In this document: in pieces, positions 29,729 to 38,727 of the stretch
Layout: the number at the start of each line of letters is the position of its first letter
Numbering within the stretch: position 1 is the first letter of the stretch
IMG/VR virus record: IMGVR_UViG_3300021431_000017
Length of the DNA stretch: 64,000 nt
Source of the DNA: an uncultured virus (IMG/VR IMGVR_UViG_3300021431_000017)
Lineage: Duplodnaviria; Heunggongvirae; Uroviricota; Caudoviricetes
Strand: one strand, 5' to 3'
Program-made: the position numbers and the translations under genes
The notes under the pieces: model-generated
What the model was told of the DNA's origin: nothing
The model's input: the letters and a program-made list of their open reading frames with translations, nothing else
Database searches by the model: none

Positions 29729-32441
29729 TTAGCGGAAATACTTACATCTGAATTCTTCCGGGTCACTGATATAAACAGTAGAATCAGCGGAATTGTCCAG
29801 TTGTCTTGCAATACGCATCAGCCACGATTCAATAGAATCTGCCATATCCCAATAGTCTGAATTATTAGAATCCATCAATGCTTGACTGATAGCCTTCTTC
29901 CACTTTGTAGGAAGGTCAGGCACTAACTTTTCAATCAGATTATTAATATGATGCGGCATTGTCTCAGACAACAAGTCAGATACTTCTCCATCTTCGATTA
30001 TGGTATTCATGTTCATTTCCACAGATTCTGGTTCTGCGTACATTGGACACATCTCACAATGTCCGTTTCTGAAGTTACTGCACCAACGGCAGGTATCATA
30101 TGTATGTTCAAATTCCATTATTTATTCTCCTTTGTATTCTGGAGCAATATAGACATCCAGAATTTCTCCTGTTTTCAAATCTCTGAGTTCCACTGAGTCT
30201 AAATCCTCGCAGTCTTCCTTGCACAGTTCAAAATGCTCCTTTGCTTTAGAAAGGTCCTTAAACCATTTACTGCCATAATCGGTTTCTACAATGTATCGTC
30301 CAAATCTTTTCATATAACTTGCCATAATTATTCTCCTCTATAGATAATCAAAGCAGGATTGTCCTGCAGTTCCTCATCGGTTGGTGGTGTCATTCTGTAG
30401 GACTGTTGAAGAACAGCCATAAATAATGTTACCAGCAGAATAAGTACCGCTATAATCAGCAGGAGAGCAGTACGTATAACTTTTCCAACAGTGTAGATGA
30501 TGGTCATTAATCGCACTTCCTTTCATAGAATGCTGGATATTTTCCAAGTTCGTTATGCTGACAATGATACCAGCAGAAAGTATTCAGGACTGTTTCAAAA
30601 TCCAGCGAATTATATCCTATTAATTCTGACCCAATACCCCAAGTATTTTCTGGAAGTACTTTGTGAGGAACTAACAGAATGGTCGTCCCTTCCTCATAGA
30701 GTTTTTTGGCTTTCGCCTTTGTGATTCTGCGCCAATGGCGTGTTTCAATTTGCCTCATTTAGGCCTCTTTTCTAGGTGTATTGATAACACCTTATAGCCA
30801 ACGATTATTCATTGGCTATTGGCTGTCATCAATAGATTTTTCTTAGCACATCCATTACGATAGCGATTCCACTATCCCATGTTACTTCAATGGTATAATC
30901 CGGGTCAGAATACGTCCTGTTTTTGAAGTACACCAATACAAATTCTCCTCTGTCCATTTCTACATACGACAGATGGTCAATGTCACTGAATTCTCTGGTG
31001 CTTTTCAGCAGGGTTTCCAGATTTTGTACCACTTCCACTTTGTTTTCTCTTTTCTTATCTTCCATATCTATTTTCTCCTTTCGATTTATGGAATGATGCT
31101 CAATGGCATCTGACTGCCCGCATCTGTCAAGATACAGGCAGTGGGTTGTCATTGAACAGTGTAGATGTTACCAAATCGTGTCGTATTGGTTATTCCACAT
31201 GTTTTCGGCTTCGAGGATGATTTCTGCATCAATCTCTTCCTCGTTGAGATTGCACACCTCTTCCACTGAGATACATAGTACTCTTGCAAGACATTCCTCA
31301 AAAGTCAGATACTTTTCTTCCATTTCATTAATTTCTCCTCTCCATAGTTTTCACGGATTTTATCCTCTATGTAAGTACGGTACTTACTGTTTTCCATCAT
31401 CTTCTCGTGGGTGATATCACATTCAACCTCGACGACTTTTCCGTCCATTTTTCTCAGATGATACCTCTCCTTTCCAATGATGATGATTTGATATCTGGTA
31501 TAATGCACGATATCCTCATTCAGCCAATCAACCTCTTCACCTTCGGAATCATGTATAATGAATCCATATCGAAGTAGGTCGGCGCAGAATTCCTCAAGTT
31601 TACTCATTGTTAGGCTTCCTTTCTGAGATGATTCAGGATGTTCGGAGAGAGAAAGAATTCCGCTTCCTCGAGTTCCTGTTCACAGAATTTTTCCCAATAG
31701 CGGTCTACTGGACGTTTCCGAGATTCCTTGACTTCTTTGTTGGTCTTGCCATACTTATTTGTTTTGGACATGTTATTCTCCTTTCCGGCTATTTGCCATT
31801 TGTCCATGATGCTCGATAGCATCTGATATTCCATGAGCGTATTCATGGAATATGGGCTGTCATCGAACAGTGTAGATGTCCTAGAATACTTCAATTTGGA
31901 TAAGTTCACTGTGCTTATCTGTGGTGATTCCGTCTTCGGCAATAAACATGCTGGAGAAAGTAGAATCGGTTGCTACATCTTTCCATTTTGCCGTTATTAG
32001 CGTAGCGCAATCCTCAAATTCCGTTCCGTCAGTTTCATCCCAGCAGATTTCCCAACCCCATAATTCTACCATCTGGGTATCAGGAATCAGATGCATGTCG
32101 TAAAGTTCCTTAATAGATTTTGGTCTCATGTTTTCTCCTTTTGGCTTTTTGCCTGTGCTATTTGATAGCACCTTATACCCCACAATCGAACAGTGTAGAT
32201 TATGAGGTATTGGCTGATATCAAATTGGTTAGAATGTAAATCCTACCCAGACTTTGCACGTACCTTTTTTGAGTGACCAGTGATTCATGTCTGACCATTT
32301 GTAGCACTCATACTTCCGCTCGGAGTGGTCATAAGCGTCACGTACCCATACCAGGTTATCAGGTACATAATTCTCATCGGCAGGACGTTTTAAGGTAAAC
32401 CATTCTCCTGGTTTGACGTCCTTGAGCAGTTTTTCTTCCAT
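29729..32441 (-). CDS. leftward early-type small proteins (29729-30118, 30122-30325, 30328-30516, 30507-30758, 30829-31065, 31168-31323, 31305-31607, 31610-31771, 31881-32129, 32229-32441)
   Basis: Most have a strong AAAGGAGA RBS on the minus strand; several are very acidic; starts refined by RBS position. Confidence 0.65.
30781..32224 (-). repeat. four copies of an intergenic internal-loop hairpin (30781-30832, 31100-31155, 31813-31866, 32161-32224)
   Basis: Approximate minus-strand consensus YRATGACA-RCCM-A[variable 10-12 bp stem + loop]T-MAGR-TGYYATYR with fully compensated inner stems. Confidence 0.8.
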
Positions 32442-32499
32442 GTTGATTTTTCTCCTTTCATTCAAACACTGGAAACTTTTTTCACTGTCTGATAATTCA

Positions 32500-32533
32500 G
32501 GCAGTGAAAAAAGCACCCAGTAGGTGCTTTTTG
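32500..32533 (-). terminator. intrinsic terminator after the first leftward gene, overlapping a second hairpin
   Basis: Minus strand AAAAGCACC-TACTG-GGTGCTTTTTT, then TTTTTTCACTG.CTGA/TCAG.CAGTGAAAAAA. Confidence 0.6.
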
Positions 32534-33022
32534 TTACTCCGCCTTTTCTGCCTTCGGAGCACGGGCGACCATGTCCGCGAGGTTCAGTTTAACCAGATAC
32601 GGCATGTTCCAACCCTTGTGGAATTCATACTCCTCTTCCTTGAGTTCCAGAGCCTTGACCAGGCGCTCATTTCCCAGAACCTTGTAAGTGCCTGCCTTTT
32701 TATTCATCTGGCACTTAACAGAACATCCGGCAATTTTTGTCATGTAGAATCCTTCCGAATTAATCCGGAATTCAAGAGCCAGGTTGTTCAGGTCACTTTC
32801 AAGTGTTGCCGTCAGGCGTGCAATACGTTCCTGGCGTTCCTGCGCCTTTGTTTCACGTGAAACATTCTCGGCAGTGTTTTTTGTTTCCTTTGTGTTTTTC
32901 ATGCTTTTCGTCTCCTTTGCGCTTTTTGCGTTCTTTGCATTTTTTGTTTCCTTTGTTACTTTTGTGCTTTCTGTGTTGTTTGTGCTTTTTGTTGCTTTTG
33001 TTGTTTTTGTGCTTTTGCTCAT
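32534..33022 (-). CDS. basic protein with an N-terminal (x-T/A-K)n low-complexity repeat
   Basis: MSKSTKTTKATKSTNNTESTKVTKETKNAKNAKSAKETK...; AAAGGAG RBS. Confidence 0.7.
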   Translation of the reverse strand: MSKSTKTTKATKSTNNTESTKVTKETKNAKNAKSAKETKSMKNTKETKNTAENVSRETKAQERQERIARLTATLESDLNNLALEFRINSEGFYMTKIAGCSVKCQMNKKAGTYKVLGNERLVKALELKEEEYEFHKGWNMPYLVKLNLADMVARAPKAEKAE

Positions 33023-33049
33023 GTTTTTTCTCCTTTGCGCTTTTGCGCT

Positions 33050-34600
33050 TTTCTAGCATGCATACATGCATGCTGTATGCACTCAATACATATTGAACGC
33101 ATACAGCATGTATGTATGTATCAGTTACATATTAATATGACGTGTCTATCTCATGTTCAACGTGTCGCATGATAGCGTGTTACTGTGCTAGCGCATGCGC
33201 ATGATATAACGTCTTGCACTGCATGACGGCGTCATATTAATGTGCTGTGTACATATGCGATACGCTGTGCGCATGTCACGATTTTATGTGCATGTACAAG
33301 ACACATAATACACACAGCGTTTTATTATATAGAGAGGTATGCACAATTCACTTTCGCATGCATGCACACTGTATAGTGTGCTTTATAGCGTGCGCTGTGT
33401 CGTGCGATTGCAGACGCTGTATAGCGTCTGTTATGTGCGCTCTATTTATTCAGCGATTCAGTTTTAGAAAGAACAATGATACGTGTGTGCTGTGCGTGAT
33501 GCCTCAGCACGTCTATATAATAGCATGGGGGTATGCTGTCAACACATAAAAATGCTTTAAAACATGTGGGAATGCACAAGGTGTACAATGAGTACAAATA
33601 GCACTGAAAATTTTCAGAAAATTTTTATGAAAGCGCAAAAAAATGCGCATGTGATTTTAGCGTGTTTTTAAGCGTTTTACAGCGTGTTATTAATGAGATG
33701 ATACATAATTCATTTTATATAGAAAACACGCTAGAATGCGCTAAAAATAGCGTTATATGCAATGTATAACAGTTTTAAGTGTTTCATGTGCGATATATGA
33801 GAAAATGCTAAAAATAGAGATTATATGCTCACTTGCACATATGAACAGGTATTCATATGTAAATTCAAATAATACGATATTTCGTATTGCATATACATGC
33901 ATGCATATTATGTTATACTATATTACGTATATTATATGTATAATCGTATAATTACATGCATGCATTACGTATAATCGTATTGTGTACATGCATTACACAA
34001 CATGCATGCAAACATACATATACATGCGTGCATACTGTAATGAGTACATGCATGTATGTATAGCAAAACATGCAAGCATGTATTTGCATGCATGCTATTT
34101 GTTTACATGCTTGCATGTGTGCGTGTGTACTTGCATGCATACTCCTGGATCACATGCATGCATGATGTGGCTTGTTTCACAATTTTTCCGCAAATGACCC
34201 CTTTCTCTCTCGTTTTTTGACGTGAGCAGGGTTTTATATATAAAGTCGATTTTTTAAAATAAGTAATTTTTTATATATAAAGTCTCAACCTTAATTGAAA
34301 TGAGTGTTTTCTATATGCTGATTTTTTAAAATATTGATTTTTTATACTATAAAGTCGCTTGATTTCTGAAAAACTTATCCTCAAAATCTCAATTTTTAAA
34401 ATTTTTGCTGTTTTTATAATAAAGTCGGCATGTTTTTATACGAATATATGAGCGAATATTCATATATTGTGAACAAAAAATCAGTAATTTTAGTGCTGAA
34501 GTGTTATTTTTCACTATAGAAAAACACTTATTTTGCTGAAAAAGTACTGATTTTTTATTCTGATTTTGAAATTTCCCTATTTTTATATATAATGCAAGTG
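33050..34600. other. ~1.5-kb non-coding divergence region; candidate genome end/pac and control region
   Basis: No credible ORFs, long inverted repeats, ATGCAT-rich purine-pyrimidine tracts; strand switch between the early-type and packaging genes. Confidence 0.65.
34232..34426. repeat. three ~71-bp-period bipartite repeats plus one half copy
   Basis: ATTTTT(T)AAAAT at 34249, 34321, 34392 and TTTTATA..ATAAAGTC ending 34247, 34284, 34356, 34426. Confidence 0.7.
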
Positions 34601-34620
34601 AAAAAAGGAACTGGTTCTTT

Positions 34621-34950
34621 ATGTCTAGGAATGATATTACACTTATTAGGAAATTACAGACTGCTATAAACTCTAAAGGGGAGAAAATTTTAATCAACCG
34701 CTCTCAATTCTATAGTGAAAAACAGCATAGACCGGTTAATATGTTTACGATTAAGAAAGCATATTGGGATGAAGATAAAGAACATTCTGTTAATGTAGAA
34801 TTATTCAGTTCCGTTTCACAACTTCAGATTGTATTATTTCTTAGAGACTATTGGTATAAAATGAATAACATTCCAGTACCTCATGATAATCCTATCTGGG
34901 AAGAGGCAAAACAAAGATATGCTGAAAAACATGGATTGGAGGTTGAATAA
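34621..34950 (+). CDS. hypothetical protein upstream of terminase
   Basis: 109-aa ORF coupled to terS. Confidence 0.7.
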   Translation: MSRNDITLIRKLQTAINSKGEKILINRSQFYSEKQHRPVNMFTIKKAYWDEDKEHSVNVELFSSVSQLQIVLFLRDYWYKMNNIPVPHDNPIWEEAKQRYAEKHGLEVE

Positions 34951-35423
34951 TGGCTAGAAGAAAAAAGATTACGTCTTTAGAAAATCGTAAAGGCGGTCGA
35001 GGACGTAAGATTAAAGTTGATACACCATTATCAGCAAAAGAGATGGCTTTTGTCGATGCTTATATGACAGATATGAACGGGTTTGAGGCCGCAAAGAAAG
35101 CAAATCTCAGTAATACTGATAATGAGGCTACTCTTAGAAGTATGGCTAGAAATATGCTGGAAAAACCTAATGTCATTATGGAGATTCAACGCAGAAATCA
35201 ACAAATGCGCAAAAAAGGCATTGCAGATTCTGAGGAAGTAATGAATTATCTGACACAGGTCATGCGAGGTGAAATTAAGGATCAATTTGGTCTTGATGCT
35301 CCGCTTGCTGAAAGAACTAAAGCGGCACAGGAATTGGCAAAACGTACTATTGATATTGAGAATCGTGCCGCGGGCAAGGCAGACAACGTTCTTGAAATCA
35401 AGTTTGATTGGTCCAGAGACTAA
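34950..35423 (+). CDS. terS: terminase small subunit
   Basis: LSAKEMAFVDAY...AAKKA...LEKPNV, IADSEEVMNYLTQVMRGE, ERTKAAQELAKR. Confidence 0.88.
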   Translation: MARRKKITSLENRKGGRGRKIKVDTPLSAKEMAFVDAYMTDMNGFEAAKKANLSNTDNEATLRSMARNMLEKPNVIMEIQRRNQQMRKKGIADSEEVMNYLTQVMRGEIKDQFGLDAPLAERTKAAQELAKRTIDIENRAAGKADNVLEIKFDWSRD

Positions 35424-35797
35424 TGCAAGACTTTAGTAAATTCCTAGAGATTTGTGGCTGGGTCGCTATTATCGTCTCAGCCGTAAAGGGAGTTCAATTT
35501 CTGTTTTCCATTACGCCCACAGGAAAACTGAAAGTTCAAGTAGAGAAGAATACAAAACATTTAGAGCAGGATTTTGAAAGATTTAAAGTTTTAGAAAATG
35601 ATATTTCATCCATTAAACTGAAAATCGAACAATCTGACCGTGAACGAGCGGAAGATTCCAAGAAACTTAATGCTTCACTGAATATGATAGGCACATCTGT
35701 TGCGTCTATTCTGAATCATATGATAGATGGCAATGGGGTTGAGGAAATGAAGGAAGAGAGAGATAGGTTGGTAACACACTTCATCAATAAAAACTAA
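35423..35797 (+). CDS. membrane-anchored coiled-coil protein (holin-like)
   Basis: N-terminal TM, coiled coil, HMIDGNG motif. Confidence 0.55.
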   Translation: MQDFSKFLEICGWVAIIVSAVKGVQFLFSITPTGKLKVQVEKNTKHLEQDFERFKVLENDISSIKLKIEQSDRERAEDSKKLNASLNMIGTSVASILNHMIDGNGVEEMKEERDRLVTHFINKN

Positions 35798-37146
35798 TGT
35801 TAGCGACACAGGTACATGATTCAAAAATTAATATCTCAATAAAAGATTGCATTATACCAATGTATGATGATGTACTAGATGATGTTCTGCATCATGGACA
35901 TACTCATTATGTCTTTGCAGGAGGTCGTGGTAGTACAAAATCATCGTTTGTAGGCGGTGTAGCAATCATTTTATTGATTATGCTCAACCCTAAAGTACAT
36001 GCTATCTGTTTTAGAAAAGTTGGTAATACGATTCAGAACAGTATTTACTCACAGGTAGTGTGGGGAATTTATCAATTAGGGGTTGGGGAATTGTTTTATA
36101 TACCTAAAACATATGCTAACCCTATCGTATATAGACCTACAGGACAACGCATTTACTTTATGGGTCTTGATGACCCGATGAAAGTAAAGTCTATTAAACC
36201 ACCATTTGGGTATTTAGGCATTACTTGGTTTGAAGAATTAGACCAATTTGGCGGTGAAGCAGAAATTCGTACCGTCACACAGTCAACAATGCGTGGCGGC
36301 GATAAGTTTTGGGATTTCAGAACTTTCAACCCGCCCATTAGTAAGAATAACTGGGCAAATGAGTATGCTGAAAACTGTGAAATCCGAGAAACACTCAGAA
36401 AAAATACTTTAGTAGTTAGAAACAGTTATCTTGATGTACCACAAGATTGGCTAGGCCCTCAGTTTATTGAGGAAGCCGACATGCTTAAATCTGTCAATGA
36501 ACGTGCGTACATTCATGAATATATGGGTGTGCCAACAGGTACAGGCGGTGATGTATTTCAGAATGTTGAAGACTTGGATATGAATCAACCCGTTGAAGTT
36601 GTCAGATATGATAAAAACGGCGCTCCGTACACTGAGACAATTCCTATGTGGATGACATTTGAAAATATCTATAATGGAATTGACTGGGGGTTTGCTATGG
36701 ACCCGTTCAGATTTGTGCGCTGTAACTTCGATGCTGAGCGTTTAGATTTATATATATTCGATGAGTTTACAACGTATCAAACACGTAATGAAGACGCTTA
36801 TAGAATGCTCTATGAAGAAGAAAAGAAAGTCAGTACAGATGAACTTGTCATTGCTGATTCCGCTGAACCTAAGTCTATCGCAGACTTTAAAGCGTATGGA
36901 GCATTTATCAGAGGAGCAAACAAAGGTCCTGACTCTGTACGTTATGGTATTAAGTGGTTACAAGGTCTAAGACATATTTATATAGACAAGAGAAGATGTC
37001 CTGATACGTACAAGGAATTTATTAATTACGAGTACGAACAAGATAGAGCAGGTGAATTTATCAGTGCGTACCCCGATGAAAATAACCACAGTATTGATGC
37101 GACACGTTATGCGTTACAGAAATATGCTAACAGAAAGGGTAACTAA
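35797..37146 (+). CDS. terL: terminase large subunit (PBSX type)
   Basis: GGRGSTKS, WFEE, FNPP, GIDWG, ADSAEPKSI, NHSIDATRYA. Confidence 0.95.
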   Translation: MLATQVHDSKINISIKDCIIPMYDDVLDDVLHHGHTHYVFAGGRGSTKSSFVGGVAIILLIMLNPKVHAICFRKVGNTIQNSIYSQVVWGIYQLGVGELFYIPKTYANPIVYRPTGQRIYFMGLDDPMKVKSIKPPFGYLGITWFEELDQFGGEAEIRTVTQSTMRGGDKFWDFRTFNPPISKNNWANEYAENCEIRETLRKNTLVVRNSYLDVPQDWLGPQFIEEADMLKSVNERAYIHEYMGVPTGTGGDVFQNVEDLDMNQPVEVVRYDKNGAPYTETIPMWMTFENIYNGIDWGFAMDPFRFVRCNFDAERLDLYIFDEFTTYQTRNEDAYRMLYEEEKKVSTDELVIADSAEPKSIADFKAYGAFIRGANKGPDSVRYGIKWLQGLRHIYIDKRRCPDTYKEFINYEYEQDRAGEFISAYPDENNHSIDATRYALQKYANRKGN

Positions 37147-37148
37147 TT

Positions 37149-37811
37149 ATGACTAAGTACATGATTCACGCAGTCCCTAAAAGAATGTGGTATGTGGAGA
37201 ATTATCTTATATCATCTATGCTAGAGCAGGGCATTAACAGAGAGGATATTCGTATTCATAACGATATTCTGAAAGAGAATAACCTTACTGCATGTATGCA
37301 TGCTTTTCAAGAAGTAGATACTTCAGAAACTGGCACATGGCATCTTCAAGATGATGTAATTATCAGCCATGACTTTAAGGAACAGACTGATAAGTATAAT
37401 CATGGCATTGTTTGTGGCTTTAAGAGTATGTACGATGGTGAAAATGAAGCAGGGGATGTCCCTGCAACTAAAATGTGGTTCTCATTCTTATGCATAAGAA
37501 TACCTAATCTTGTAGCAAAAGGATGTGCTAAATGGGTTCTGAACTACATCATAGGTAATCCTATTTATAAAGAGTGGTGGGAAAACGGTAAAAATGATGA
37601 TATGTTGTTCAGAAAATATGTGTGGGAAACTTACCCTAATGAACGTGCATTCAATATAGCACCTAATATCGTAGACCATATAGACTATCTTATAGGGGGA
37701 ACTGTCAATAGTAGTAAGAGAGTTGTACAGATTCGTTCAAAGCATTGGACAGATGAGTATTTAGTAGATAGATTAGCAAAACAACTGGAAAAAGATAATC
37801 ATGATATTTGA
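37149..37811 (+). CDS. GT-A-like glycosyltransferase
   Basis: MIHAVPKR, WHLQDDVII, SF.CIRIP, DD.LF, PNIVDH pattern. Confidence 0.6.
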   Translation: MTKYMIHAVPKRMWYVENYLISSMLEQGINREDIRIHNDILKENNLTACMHAFQEVDTSETGTWHLQDDVIISHDFKEQTDKYNHGIVCGFKSMYDGENEAGDVPATKMWFSFLCIRIPNLVAKGCAKWVLNYIIGNPIYKEWWENGKNDDMLFRKYVWETYPNERAFNIAPNIVDHIDYLIGGTVNSSKRVVQIRSKHWTDEYLVDRLAKQLEKDNHDI

Positions 37812-38451
37812 CTATAACGACAAAAATACTACTAGATTCTTGGAACAGAACATATGTAATTTAGCGTATGCTCACTTTGAAGGTGTGGGAGAATATGATA
37901 TCCCTAAATTACTGCCGACACATATTGATGATTTAGAGAATATCGCATTACAGGGATTTAACTTTGCGCTACGAGAAAAGTTTCCCGAACATAAGGGTGT
38001 ACATTTTTTCTTACATGATTATCAGTTTGAGCGTGTATGGAATCGTCCCGACAGATATACAGAAATGTTATCTAAGTTTGCATATGTGTTAAGTCCAGAT
38101 TTTAGTCCGTATGCAAATTCCCCTAAAGCGATTCAGATTTATAACATTTATAGAAAAAATTGGTGTGCTAGATATTGGCAAGATTGTGGAATTAAAGTTA
38201 TTCCAACAATTACTTGGGGAAATGATGAAGATATAAATTGGTACTTAGACGGAGTCCCAAAACATAGTACAATAGCAGTGTCAACAATGGGTGAAGGTCG
38301 ATGGGGTAATTGGCAATCACTTAAAAAACATTGGAATGAAATACTTGATATATTAGAACCAGATGTAATCTTGTTATATGGAAAAGATATGCGTTCTGAA
38401 CTTAGCGGAAATATTATCTTTAAACCTATGACAAGTAGAAAGGTGGATTAA
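37801..38451 (+). CDS. DUF4417-family protein
   Basis: GVHFFLHDYQFERVWNRP, SPDFS, IYRKNW, G.KVIPTITW, AVST. Confidence 0.8.
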   Translation: MIFDYNDKNTTRFLEQNICNLAYAHFEGVGEYDIPKLLPTHIDDLENIALQGFNFALREKFPEHKGVHFFLHDYQFERVWNRPDRYTEMLSKFAYVLSPDFSPYANSPKAIQIYNIYRKNWCARYWQDCGIKVIPTITWGNDEDINWYLDGVPKHSTIAVSTMGEGRWGNWQSLKKHWNEILDILEPDVILLYGKDMRSELSGNIIFKPMTSRKVD

Positions 38452-38452
38452 T

Positions 38453-38713
38453 ATGGGATATAAAGCGTGGGTGGGCGGTAAATCTGCGTGGGTGTCAACT
38501 AAATTTGGTACACAGCGTGGTCATGGAAATGAAACGTCTAGTGAGAATTTTACTCGATATGACCACCCAATTCCAAATAGATGGCAAATTCAATTAAAGA
38601 ACGGCAATAGTATTACAATTAATGCCGGTTCGTATCAGGAAGCCGTTAATATTAGAAATAATATGGCTGATGCAGATAAGAAAAAACGTCCTATTAAAGA
38701 TAAACGTGTTTAA
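38453..38713 (+). CDS. hypothetical basic protein
   Basis: 86-aa ORF after the DUF4417 gene. Confidence 0.6.
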   Translation: MGYKAWVGGKSAWVSTKFGTQRGHGNETSSENFTRYDHPIPNRWQIQLKNGNSITINAGSYQEAVNIRNNMADADKKKRPIKDKRV

Positions 38714-38727
38714 TGAGGTGACTACAT

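Noticed and set aside
29717..32200. Cas12a repeat mimic (motif ends AGTGTAGAT)
   Set aside because: Lacks the upstream TTTCTAC needed for the repeat stem and lies antisense to the local genes
33247..34197. Cys/His/Met-rich ORFs in the non-coding region
   Set aside because: Artefacts of ATGC/RY repeats; no RBS and unnatural composition
34232..34426. CRISPR array
   Set aside because: Only three degenerate AT-rich units with variable centres, no repeat hairpin and no cas operon; kept as a binding-site repeat
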